DNA from: Thermoanaerobacteraceae bacterium
GTDB taxonomy: Bacteria; Bacillota; Thermoanaerobacteria; Thermoanaerobacterales; UBA4877
Direction: 5' to 3'
Assembly: GCA_030016635.1 (NCBI GenBank)
Contig: JASEJQ010000003.1
Location: forward strand, 8,520-72,519
DNA length: 64,000 bases
This document shows, piece after piece, positions 48,323 to 56,945 of this stretch. The notes beneath the pieces were generated by a model. The model was not told where the DNA came from. It made no database searches and was given only the letters and a program-made list of their open reading frames with translations. The position numbers were made by a program, and so were the translations under genes. Position 1 is the first letter of the stretch; every line of letters starts with the position of its first letter.

Positions 48323-48877
48323 CTAATCAGGGTTGTATCGGTTCATCGCCGTGTCAATCCCATCTTTTACTATACATTCCACAGAATCTGCAGCCTTTTT
48401 TATGCTATCTTTCATGACAGCCATTTCTTCCTCCGTAAATCTGCCAAGCACATGGGATACCATGTCATACTGTGGAGAGTCTATGCCGATCCTCACACGG
48501 GGAAAATCTTCACTATTAATATTATATATTATGGACTTCATTCCGTTGTGTCCACCGTCACTGCCCTTTTTCCTTATACGTATTTTCCCCAGAGGCAGAT
48601 TTATGTCATCGCATATCACAATTATATCCTGAGGCGATAGCTTATAAAAGCTCACCGTATCAAGCACACAGTGTCCGGAATTATTCACATAGGTCAATGG
48701 TTTTACCAGCAGTACCTTCTCATTGCCTATTATTGTCTCACCGATAAGTCCTTTAAACTTTTCCTTAAAACTTACATTATATCTCGCTGTAAGTTCATCT
48801 ACAACCATAAAGCCTATGTTGTGTCTTGTCATGGCATACTCTCTGCCAGGGTTTCCTATACCTACAACAATCCTCAT
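48323..48877 (-). CDS. pth: Peptidyl-tRNA hydrolase
   Basis: Start moved to MRIVVGIGNPGREY (GGAGGTG SD). The longer track ORF runs into repeat copy D. Confidence 0.95.
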   Translation of the reverse strand: MRIVVGIGNPGREYAMTRHNIGFMVVDELTARYNVSFKEKFKGLIGETIIGNEKVLLVKPLTYVNNSGHCVLDTVSFYKLSPQDIIVICDDINLPLGKIRIRKKGSDGGHNGMKSIIYNINSEDFPRVRIGIDSPQYDMVSHVLGRFTEEEMAVMKDSIKKAADSVECIVKDGIDTAMNRYNPD

Positions 48878-48935
48878 TGGTACACCTCCAGATATAATTA
48901 TACACCAAAAGTCTATAGATTTAACCATGGAAATG

Positions 48936-49190
48936 ATTTTTGTATAAGAAGTCTGTTTGCGAATGATAGTGGCACCCATGCACCTGAACACTCGTCTTGA
49001 TACGCTAATAATTCGTGGCTGTATTCCGCCGGGTACGCCTCCATTCGGCGTCCTTGCCTCAGGGTCGGCCTCTTAAGTCCATGCCAGATGCCCCGGCTAC
49101 ACTTGCCACTCATTAAGAGTATCATAAACTCTCTTTAAGGCTGCATTTGGTGCTCACTATCATTCTTCATAGGGGTATTTACAGTACAAT
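48936..49190 (+). repeat. Structured intergenic repeat, copy D (long core), upstream of pth
   Basis: Arms GAATGATAGTGGCACCCATGCACC / GGCTGCATTTGGTGCTCACTATCATTC. Core at 49028-49097. Bracketed by a perfect 10-nt repeat CATGGAAATG (48926-48935 and 49191-49200). Confidence 0.85.
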
Positions 49191-49256
49191 CATGGAAATG
49201 TTAACATAACATCAATTATAGAAATACTTTTTACAATCTGGTATAATTGAGAAAAA

Positions 49257-49352
49257 GGCAGAGTAGGCATCACGCGTCAAGTGTCAGGAGATGGGAAGTG
49301 GCTCCTGAACGAAAGGTTTCGCCCTGCGGTGTTGATGCCGCATTCCGCTGCC
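49257..49352 (+). promoter_or_regulatory. THF (tetrahydrofolate) riboswitch aptamer
   Basis: GGCAGAGUAGGCAUCACGCGUCAAGUGU...AUGGGAAGU...AACGAAAG...GCGGUGUUGAUGCCGCAUUCCGCUGCC aligns block by block with the known folT-motif aptamer (GAGUAG / GCGUNAAGUGU / AUGGGA / ACGAA / GCGGUG / GCAUCCGCU). It sits upstream of an ECF folate S-component and is preceded by TGgTATAAT (49239-49247). Confidence 0.9.
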
Positions 49353-49360
49353 ACATTAAA

Positions 49361-49422
49361 GACACCTTTCTCTTTAGTGTGGCAACGTCAGATTGCCTGT
49401 AACTAAAGAGAAAGGAGGTGTC
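49361..49422 (+). promoter_or_regulatory. Riboswitch expression platform: SD-sequestering helix
   Basis: GACACCTTTCTCTTTAGT (49361-49378) is complementary to ACTAAAGAGAAAGGAGGTGTC (49402-49422), which contains the folT SD. The alternative pairing is CCACATTAAAG / CTTTAGTGTGG. Confidence 0.7.
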
Positions 49423-49425
49423 AGT

Positions 49426-49959
49426 ATGAATCAGCATGCACTATCTGCAAAAAGCATTGCCTATGCAGGGTTATTCATAGCCTTGAGTATTGTCCTTACA
49501 AGGACCATGAGCTTTATGATAACTGTAGGTGGTATACAGGGCGTTAGGATAGGTTTGGGCGGAATGCCTATCATTCTCTCAGGCATTGTCTTAGGGCCTG
49601 GCCTGGGTGCTTTAGTAGGTGCAGCATCTGATGTCATAGGGTATATACTCTTCCCAAATGGCCCATACTTCCCTGGTTTCACGCTTACAGCAGCCCTCTC
49701 AGGTGCATTGCCAGCGATACTTCTCAGGTTTATAGACAGAAAGAGGTCTTTCCCTCTTATAAAAATTCTCATTGTCATAGCAATATCAGACATTATTACA
49801 TCCATCTTTTTAGATACCTACTGGCTGGTCATCATGTATCACAAGGCCATTGCGGTACTTCTCCCACCAAGGATAACTGCACGGGTGATCATGATACCTG
49901 TCAACTCTTACCTGATATATTCGTTGCTCAGATATGTACCAGGACTGAAAACGAGATAA
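49426..49959 (+). CDS. folT: ECF transporter S component, folate family
   Basis: Start at MNQHALSAKSIAYAGLFIALSIVL (GGAGG 7 nt upstream). Six TM segments and THF riboswitch context. Confidence 0.85.
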   Translation: MNQHALSAKSIAYAGLFIALSIVLTRTMSFMITVGGIQGVRIGLGGMPIILSGIVLGPGLGALVGAASDVIGYILFPNGPYFPGFTLTAALSGALPAILLRFIDRKRSFPLIKILIVIAISDIITSIFLDTYWLVIMYHKAIAVLLPPRITARVIMIPVNSYLIYSLLRYVPGLKTR

Positions 49960-49999
49960 ATTAAAGGACTGCCAATGACTTCAGGCAGTCCTTTAATTT
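49958..49999. terminator. Bidirectional terminator between convergent folT and the EBP gene
   Basis: AAATTAAAGGACTGCC-aatgacttca-GGCAGTCCTTTAATTT, a 16-bp stem. Confidence 0.8.
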
Positions 50000-52062
50000 A
50001 TCTCTATATTATATTTTTCTATCTTCTCGTACAGTGTAGACCTGCTTATGTTGAGCATCTTCGCAGTCTTATATTTATTCCCTTTGTTCATCTTCAAATA
50101 TCTCTCCAGCACTTCTCGTTCAGTCTGCTCCAGTACATCCTTGAGGTCATTGGGCATAAAGTTCTTCCTGGGGTTAACCTTTTGAATGATATATGGCGGT
50201 AGGTGCCTTTCTTCCACTATATACCCGTATTCCACCATATCGATAGCCCTCTCTAGGACATTCTCCAGCTCTCTGATGTTGCCCGGCCAGCTATAACTCT
50301 TTAATATTGTCATAGCCTCATCGGATATCTTATCCACATGTTTGCCCATATTTTTTGATATCTTATGCAGGAGATGTTTTACTAATACATCTATGTCTTC
50401 CTTCTTTTCCTTGAGAGGCGTTATGTTTATATTTATAACATTGAGCCTGTAGTAAAGGTCTTCACGGAATTCACCATTTTTCACCATTAGTTCAAGATTT
50501 TTATTGGTTGCTGCTATAATCCTTACATCAACCTTTATAGTCTTTATTCCGCCAACTCTTTCAATCTCTTTTTCCTGTATAGCCCTCAAGAGCTTGGCCT
50601 GCATATATACAGGCATGTCGCCGATTTCATCAAGGAATATGGTGCCGTGATTGGCCATTTCAAACTTCCCAGGTTTGCCTCCGCGCTTGGCACCGGTAAA
50701 TGCCCCCTCCTCGTAGCCAAACAGTTCCGATTCCAAAAGTTCAGCTGGTATAGCAGCGCAGTTTACCTTTATATATGGGCCGTCCGCCCGCTGACCGGTA
50801 TAGTGGATTGCCTTGGCAAAAAGTTCCTTGCCCGTCCCGGTCTCACCGGTTATGAGCACATTGGATGTGGTCATGGCTGCCCTTGAGGCATAATACTTGG
50901 CCTGTTCAATGGCAGGGCTTACACCAATTATGTCATCAAAGGAAAATTTATCCTCATGGAGTTTCTTTTTGTACTGCTCCAGTTCCCTCTCCAGCTGCTT
51001 TGTCTTATTCATCAGGTTATCCAGTTCGTAAATATCCCTGAACATCACAACCCCTACCGCACCTACAATCTCTCCATCCTGTTTTATGGGTACCCTCTTG
51101 ACAATAGTGGTATGGCCTCTTATCACCTGAGCCTCACCAATCTCAGGGATGCCTGTCTTTGTCACGATGTGCATCCTGGTGTTGTCAATCACCTCTGTTA
51201 CATGTTTGCCGATGGCCTCATCCCCTACACCGAGAAATTCTTGGTATGTCTTATTGAGCTTGGTTATATACCCACCCTTGTCCACGACAACTATCCCGTC
51301 ATAGGTGGATTCCATAATGGTTTCTAATAGCTCAAGGGAGCTCTGTGCTTTAGATAGTTCTTTAATAATGCCATTCAGGTCAGTCATATCCTGAAATACA
51401 GCAATGGCGCCTATTATTTTATCATCCTTTATTATTGGGCACCTGTTTATCAAAAGTTCCCTGTTCCTTATTGTAGCCCTCACGTTTACTTGCGGCAGAC
51501 CATTTATTAAAACATCAAAAAGTCCGCTTTCAGGGAGCACCTCTTTTATATGTTTCCCTAAGCAGTACATAGAATTCAACTTCAAAAGCCTCTCGGCAGA
51601 GTGGTTCATATGATCTATTATGCCCTTATCATTGATCGATATTATTGAGTTATATGAGGCTTCCACTATGGCATCCAGTCTTTCAAGCCTTTCATGCAAA
51701 ACCTCCAGGAGTTTTTGCTGTACATCTATCATCCTTACCAGGCCAATAAAGCCATCCTTTTTATCAACCACTACAAGTTCTGATTCATTATGGTTTATAA
51801 CCTTTAATATATCTGTATCAGTGTAAACCACATTAAAATTATTTGTCGAGTATGGGATTACAGAGTCAGCAGGGTCATAAAACCCATGGGATTTTATTAA
51901 GAATTCTTTGACAGAAAACACCCCTATCAGTTTTCCCTCATGCAACACAGGGATAGTATTAATGCTGTTTTGAGCAGCCATCTCCAGGGCTTCCCCTATA
52001 GTGGTCTTTTCATCAACGTATAACTTAATGACTTTAACATCACTTATCGTAGGGCTTTCCAT
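49993..52062 (-). CDS. Sigma-54-dependent transcriptional activator (CBS pair - 2x PAS - AAA+ - Fis-type HTH)
   Basis: GETGTGKE, ESELFGYEEGAFTGA, C-terminal HTH KYKTAKMLNISRSTLYEKIEKY. CBS-like N-terminus (NTIPVLHEGKLIGVFS). Confidence 0.9.
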   Translation of the reverse strand: MESPTISDVKVIKLYVDEKTTIGEALEMAAQNSINTIPVLHEGKLIGVFSVKEFLIKSHGFYDPADSVIPYSTNNFNVVYTDTDILKVINHNESELVVVDKKDGFIGLVRMIDVQQKLLEVLHERLERLDAIVEASYNSIISINDKGIIDHMNHSAERLLKLNSMYCLGKHIKEVLPESGLFDVLINGLPQVNVRATIRNRELLINRCPIIKDDKIIGAIAVFQDMTDLNGIIKELSKAQSSLELLETIMESTYDGIVVVDKGGYITKLNKTYQEFLGVGDEAIGKHVTEVIDNTRMHIVTKTGIPEIGEAQVIRGHTTIVKRVPIKQDGEIVGAVGVVMFRDIYELDNLMNKTKQLERELEQYKKKLHEDKFSFDDIIGVSPAIEQAKYYASRAAMTTSNVLITGETGTGKELFAKAIHYTGQRADGPYIKVNCAAIPAELLESELFGYEEGAFTGAKRGGKPGKFEMANHGTIFLDEIGDMPVYMQAKLLRAIQEKEIERVGGIKTIKVDVRIIAATNKNLELMVKNGEFREDLYYRLNVININITPLKEKKEDIDVLVKHLLHKISKNMGKHVDKISDEAMTILKSYSWPGNIRELENVLERAIDMVEYGYIVEERHLPPYIIQKVNPRKNFMPNDLKDVLEQTEREVLERYLKMNKGNKYKTAKMLNISRSTLYEKIEKYNIEIN

Positions 52063-52156
52063 TTTCTTACCACCCGTTTAACCTCTTATATATATTTTAC
52101 AACAAAAGACCGGTACTTACAGCATTAACTTTATAATATACCACTTCATCTGGTAG

Positions 52157-52199
52157 ATAATATAAAACAAGGGCTATCGGTTAAATCCAATAACCCTTG
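52157..52199 (-). terminator. Terminator of the CoA-transferase/thiolase/MaoC/GntP operon
   Basis: Minus strand CAAGGGUUAUUGG-auuuaa-CCGAUAGCCCUUG (13 bp with two G-U pairs) followed by UUUUAUAUUAU. Confidence 0.65.
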
Positions 52200-52211
52200 A
52201 GGAGTCTGCAT

Positions 52212-53507
52212 TTAGAAATTTATTCCCAGTGTGCTCAAAAGTACAAGTATAAAACTGGTTGCTACTGGTATCACCAAGGATACAACAGCTATATCCTTGT
52301 ATGAGTCCTTATGGGTAAGGCCTGCCACCGCTAACAGCGTAAGCACAGCTCCGTTATGCGGAAGTGTATCCAACCCACCGGATGAGACACTGGCTATCCT
52401 GTGCAAAACTGCCGGGTCAACTCCTGTAGCTAAAAGTTGTTTAGACAATGCTTCTAAGGCTATGCTCATACCGCCTGATGCAGAGCCCGTGGCACCTGCA
52501 AGCACGTTAACTGATATGGCATCCATTAACGCTCCATTCCCAAGCGAAAGGCTTGACATGACATTTACTAACTGCTGGAACCCTGGTACTGCTTTGACAA
52601 CACTTCCAAAGCCGACAGCGATTGCTGTATTCATTATAGCTATGAGTGAACCATTGGCACCATCATTGAGCGTCTTTAAAAATGTTGCTTTAAGTTGAGG
52701 CAAAAGTAGCAGGGCTGCAAGCAATATGCCTATAGTCAAGGATATTACGATGTTCAATTTAACAACGTTGAGCAATACTATGATGAGTACCATGGGTATC
52801 AATGCTGTATACGGAGAGGGGAGTCCCTCTTCCTTCTCCAGCCTCTTCATCATCTCAGCGTCCCTTGGGCCGGGTACAAAGTGCTCACCATTCTTTCTAG
52901 CGATATTTGCCTGCCAGGTCATATACCAGATGCCGCCGCCAGCTATAAGTATGGTTGCTATTATTCCCAGTACGGGGGCTGCTGTGGGTGTGGTGCCAAA
53001 ATACTTGGTAGGTATTATGTTTTGAATCTGTGGTGTACCAGGAACTGCTGTCATTGTAAATGTAAATGCACCCAGTGCTATACATCCACCCAGTAGTCTC
53101 CTGGGGAGGTCTACCTCCTTAAAGAGTGCTGCACCTATGGGATATACGGCAAAGACCACCACAAAGAGGCTTATCCCGCCATAGGTCAGGATGGCTGTAG
53201 CCGCTACTAAAGCTATTATAGCATACTGCTTTCCTATGAGCTTTACTATCCAGCGGGCAACCGATGCGGCAGCACCTGTGTCGTCCATAATTTTCCCAAA
53301 CAGTGCACCTAAGAAGAATGTCGGAAACCAGGATGTAAAATATCCACCGGCACCCTGCATGAATGTGGTAGCATAAGCGTCATATAGAGGTATCCCACCT
53401 GTGAGGGCTACAAATAATGCCATTATGGGTGCGGCTATTAATATGCTTACGCCTCTGTAGCATAGATACATGAGCAGAGCAAGACCTACTATAATTCCCC
53501 AGAGCAT
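52212..53507 (-). CDS. GntP-family organic-acid permease
   Basis: 431-aa polytopic protein. FGKIMDDTGAAASVARWIV resembles the GntP-family signature region. Confidence 0.75.
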   Translation of the reverse strand: MLWGIIVGLALLMYLCYRGVSILIAAPIMALFVALTGGIPLYDAYATTFMQGAGGYFTSWFPTFFLGALFGKIMDDTGAAASVARWIVKLIGKQYAIIALVAATAILTYGGISLFVVVFAVYPIGAALFKEVDLPRRLLGGCIALGAFTFTMTAVPGTPQIQNIIPTKYFGTTPTAAPVLGIIATILIAGGGIWYMTWQANIARKNGEHFVPGPRDAEMMKRLEKEEGLPSPYTALIPMVLIIVLLNVVKLNIVISLTIGILLAALLLLPQLKATFLKTLNDGANGSLIAIMNTAIAVGFGSVVKAVPGFQQLVNVMSSLSLGNGALMDAISVNVLAGATGSASGGMSIALEALSKQLLATGVDPAVLHRIASVSSGGLDTLPHNGAVLTLLAVAGLTHKDSYKDIAVVSLVIPVATSFILVLLSTLGINF

Positions 53508-53525
53508 ATTATTCCTCCTTCTTAT

Positions 53526-53948
53526 TTAATTTTTTGGTGCAAGAACAACTGCTTTACCATCAAGTACAACTTCATCGTTTTGATTCTTACATGTGGTCTT
53601 TAAAACCACCCTGTTTTTTTCTTTAATCACCTCCTCCACCTCTACCTCAGCATGGATTGTGTCTCCTATCCTGACCGGCCTTTGAAACTTGAGTTCCTGA
53701 GACAGATAAATGGTGCCTGGCCCGGGAAGCTTCATCCCCAGCACCTGGGATATGAGCCCTGCCGTAAGCATTCCATGGGCTATCCTGCCTTTAAACATCG
53801 TACCCTCTGCATATGCCTGGTTTATGTGGGCAGGATTGAAGTCACCTGTAATACCTGCATAAAGATAGACATCTGTTTCTGTTATAGTCTTCTCGGTAAA
53901 ATCCTTATCACCTACATTAATTTCCTCAATGGTTTTGCCTATTATCAT
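53526..53948 (-). CDS. MaoC-like (R)-specific enoyl-CoA hydratase (hot-dog fold)
   Basis: 140 aa with hydratase motif YAGITGDFNPAHINQAYA....GRIAHGML. Confidence 0.85.
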   Translation of the reverse strand: MIIGKTIEEINVGDKDFTEKTITETDVYLYAGITGDFNPAHINQAYAEGTMFKGRIAHGMLTAGLISQVLGMKLPGPGTIYLSQELKFQRPVRIGDTIHAEVEVEEVIKEKNRVVLKTTCKNQNDEVVLDGKAVVLAPKN

Positions 53949-53964
53949 TCAAAACACCTCACTA

Positions 53965-55143
53965 TCAAATATTTTCTATAACAGTGGACATTGAAGGCCC
54001 ACCACCTGCACAGAGTGCAGCTACTCCGTATCTACCATTTCTCCTCTTGAGTTCATATATGAGGGATACTATTATCCTTACACCGGTACATCCTACAGGA
54101 TGACCTAATGAGATACCGGAACCGTTTATATTTACTCTCTCCATATCCAGCTTTAGTTCTCTATTTACTGCAAGAAACTGAGCTGCAAAGGCCTCATTTA
54201 TTTCAAAGCAATCTATGTCACCCGGTCTAAGGTTAGCCTGCCTTATTGATTCCGGTATGCCGTAGGCAGGCCCTATACCCATAAACTCAGGGGCTACACC
54301 ATAAGAGGTCGATGAAAGTACCCTGGCAAGAGGCTTCATACCCATCTCCCTGGCCCTGCTCTCAGCCATCAGTACAACAGCTGCGGCCCCGTCGTTTATT
54401 CCCGAGGCATTGCCGGCTGTAACTGTCCCACCCTCCTTAAAAGCGGGTTTTAGCTTCGATAGGCTCTCCATGGTTGTATCTTCTCTCGGGTGTTCATCGG
54501 TATCAATTATACTTATGCCTTTTTTAGTCTTTATCTCGACCGGGACTATTTCTTCCTTAAATTTTCCCTCTCTTATTGCCTTTGCCGCTCTTCGATGGCT
54601 CAAAAGCGCCAGCTCATCCTGCTCCTCTCTTGTTATGTGGTATAACTCGGCTAAGTTCTCCGCAGTTACCCCCATGTGGTAACCGAAGAATGCATCGTTT
54701 AACGCATCAAAAAGCAGAGCATCCTCCAGTTGGACGGGGCCAAGCTTATATCCATTCCTGACATTCATCAGCAAATACGGGACATTGGACATGCTCTCCA
54801 TGCCTACAACAAGGCAGGTCTCTTTCCTCCCTGTCATTATCTCCAGTGAGGCCAGTTCCACAGCCCTCATACTGCTGGCACACTGCTGGTCTACCGTCAC
54901 GGCTGCCCCTTTTTCAGGTATCCCGCACTTTATCTGTATCTGCCTTGCAGGGTTCCCCTTCACCCCTTCCTTATATACCATGCCGGCAAATACCTCATCA
55001 ATATCTTCTTTTGCTATACCTGCTCTCTCTATGGCAGCATTGGCAACAATCACACCCAGGTCAACAGCAGATAATAGCTTGAACGATCCTAAGAAATCCC
55101 CTATGGGAGTCCTTACGGCACTTACTATTACAACATTTTCCAT
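53965..55143 (-). CDS. Acetyl-CoA C-acetyltransferase (thiolase II)
   Basis: 392 aa with active-site Cys in [11 protein letters not shown] and C-terminal [17 protein letters not shown] and AALCAGGG. Confidence 0.95.
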   Translation of the reverse strand: MENVVIVSAVRTPIGDFLGSFKLLSAVDLGVIVANAAIERAGIAKEDIDEVFAGMVYKEGVKGNPARQIQIKCGIPEKGAAVTVDQQCASSMRAVELASLEIMTGRKETCLVVGMESMSNVPYLLMNVRNGYKLGPVQLEDALLFDALNDAFFGYHMGVTAENLAELYHITREEQDELALLSHRRAAKAIREGKFKEEIVPVEIKTKKGISIIDTDEHPREDTTMESLSKLKPAFKEGGTVTAGNASGINDGAAAVVLMAESRAREMGMKPLARVLSSTSYGVAPEFMGIGPAYGIPESIRQANLRPGDIDCFEINEAFAAQFLAVNRELKLDMERVNINGSGISLGHPVGCTGVRIIVSLIYELKRRNGRYGVAALCAGGGPSMSTVIENI

Positions 55144-55182
55144 TATTGTATATCCTCCGAATTTGCTTAAAAAATATAGATA

Positions 55183-56724
55183 TTATAACCCCATCTTTCC
55201 TTCTTTGAATATCCTGTCATCCATTGTCTTTAATTCCTGTGATATTATAGGCTTAAACTCCATCTGCCCGAGTATATCTTTCTCCAGATCCACACCCGGG
55301 GCTATCTCTGTAAGCATAAGTCCTTCTTTCACCAGTTTGAATACAGCCCTTTCAGTGATGTAATAGACCTCCTGATCCATTTCCCTTGCATATAAGCCGC
55401 TGAATGTAATCTGTTCTACCTTCTTTATGAACTTTTTAATGCTGCCCTCTTTTACTATAGTCAATTTTCCATCCTCAACCTTTAACTCCCCGCCTCCAGC
55501 GGTAAAGGTGCCACAGAATATGACCTTCTTGGCATTTTGGGATATATTTATGAAGCCTCCGCACCCGGCTATTCTTGGCCCAAATTTGCTCACATTGATG
55601 TTGCCCTCCTCATCGGCCTGGGCCAGGCCCAAAAATGCTATATCTATTCCACCACCGTCATAAAAGTCAAATTGATATGGCTGATCCACTATAGCGTCAG
55701 GATTAGTAGAAACACCAAAGCTCAGACCGCCAGCCGGTACACCGCCTATGGGCCCCGCCTCCACCGTAAGCCTCATACCGGAGCTTATACCTTCTTCTGC
55801 TGCTACAATGCTTACCCCTTCAGGCATACCTATGCCCAGGTTTATGATTGCACCCTGCTTAAGCTCCATGGCACAGCGCCTTGCTATCACCTTGCGCTCA
55901 TCCAGCGACAACGGCTTTACTGCACTCAGCGGTACCTTTACTTCTCCAGAATATGCCGGATTATACTGTTCTCCAAATGTCTGCCAGTGGTTTTCGGGAG
56001 TTGCCACAACCACATAGTCAACAAGTATGCCAGGTATTACCACTTCCCGGGGGCTTAAAGATCCAGCACTTACTACCTTTTCAACCTGAACAATCACTTT
56101 GCCACCAGAGTTCTTTGCCGCCTGGGCTATTGAGAGCGCCTCTAAGGTAACACCTTCTTTTCTCATGGATATGTTTCCATTCTCGTCTGCATAGGTACCC
56201 CTTATAAAGGCATAGTCTATGGGAAACGTCCTGTATAACAGCCTTTCATTCCCTTTAATATCTATGACCTCTACAATGTCTTCCTTTGTGATGCTGTTGA
56301 GCTTCCCACCCTCTACCCTTGGGTCTACAAAGGTCTTAAGCCCTACATGGGTGATTGTGCCTACCTTTTTTGCTGCAATATCCCTGAAAAGATGTGCTAT
56401 CACACCCTGAGGCAGGTTATATGCCTCAATCTTGTTCTCCACAGCCATCTTGCCAAGTTTAGGGGCAAGATTCCAGTGCCCGCCGATTACCCTTTTTACA
56501 AGCCCGTCATGGGCCAGGTGATTCATCCCTTTCTCCTTGCCGTCACCCTGCCCTGCCGCATATACAAGGGTCAATCCCACCGGTGAGCCTGACTCCAGAA
56601 AACGCTTTTCCAGTGCCGATGTCAATTCCTCGGGATGGCCACACCCCACAAATCCATCTATGGCTAAAGTTGAATAGTCTTTTATAATGCCCATTGCCTC
56701 TATTGCATTTACGAATTTTGCCAT
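55183..56724 (-). CDS. Acyl-CoA:acetate/3-ketoacid CoA-transferase (fused single-chain, YdiF-like)
   Basis: 513 aa. The N-terminus [34 protein letters not shown] and the overall length fit family I CoA-transferases with fused alpha/beta halves. Confidence 0.85.
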   Translation of the reverse strand: MAKFVNAIEAMGIIKDYSTLAIDGFVGCGHPEELTSALEKRFLESGSPVGLTLVYAAGQGDGKEKGMNHLAHDGLVKRVIGGHWNLAPKLGKMAVENKIEAYNLPQGVIAHLFRDIAAKKVGTITHVGLKTFVDPRVEGGKLNSITKEDIVEVIDIKGNERLLYRTFPIDYAFIRGTYADENGNISMRKEGVTLEALSIAQAAKNSGGKVIVQVEKVVSAGSLSPREVVIPGILVDYVVVATPENHWQTFGEQYNPAYSGEVKVPLSAVKPLSLDERKVIARRCAMELKQGAIINLGIGMPEGVSIVAAEEGISSGMRLTVEAGPIGGVPAGGLSFGVSTNPDAIVDQPYQFDFYDGGGIDIAFLGLAQADEEGNINVSKFGPRIAGCGGFINISQNAKKVIFCGTFTAGGGELKVEDGKLTIVKEGSIKKFIKKVEQITFSGLYAREMDQEVYYITERAVFKLVKEGLMLTEIAPGVDLEKDILGQMEFKPIISQELKTMDDRIFKEGKMGL

Positions 56725-56756
56725 TTTTATCCTCCTTCCTTTTTACTACATATAAA

Positions 56757-56771
56757 GCAAAAAGCGTGCCA
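56757..56771 (-). promoter_or_regulatory. Sigma-54 (-24/-12) promoter of the CoA-transferase operon
   Basis: The minus strand reads TGGCAC-GCTTT-TTGC(TT). The GGAAGGAGG SD and the ATG follow within about 35 nt. Confidence 0.85.
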
Positions 56772-56798
56772 TATTAACATATTGTTAATATGGCACGC
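56764..56798 (-). terminator. Hairpin plus T-tract downstream of htrA, with its 3' arm overlapping the -24 element
   Basis: GCGTGCCATATTAACA-ata-TGTTAATATGGCACGC (16-bp perfect arms) followed on the minus strand by TTTTTGCTTT. Confidence 0.65.
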
Positions 56799-56945
56799 TT
56801 TGGAGAACTATAGAATAAATAGTGTACAGAGCGAGAACATATTTATGGTACTTGCATGTACATAGTAAATACATGTGTACGGAATCCATACAATGATTGA
56901 ATTGTGAAATAATTAACTATACAAATAAAATGAGGTGCCTCTATT

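Noticed and set aside
53526-53948. Calling the 140-aa hot-dog protein 3-aminobutyryl-CoA ammonia-lyase (Kal).
   Set aside because: It carries the canonical MaoC/PhaJ hydratase motif (GDFNPAH...GRIAHG). It does not resemble, as far as I can recall, the Kal family N-terminus. It is kept as an (R)-specific enoyl-CoA hydratase, and the Kal idea is mentioned only as a hypothesis.
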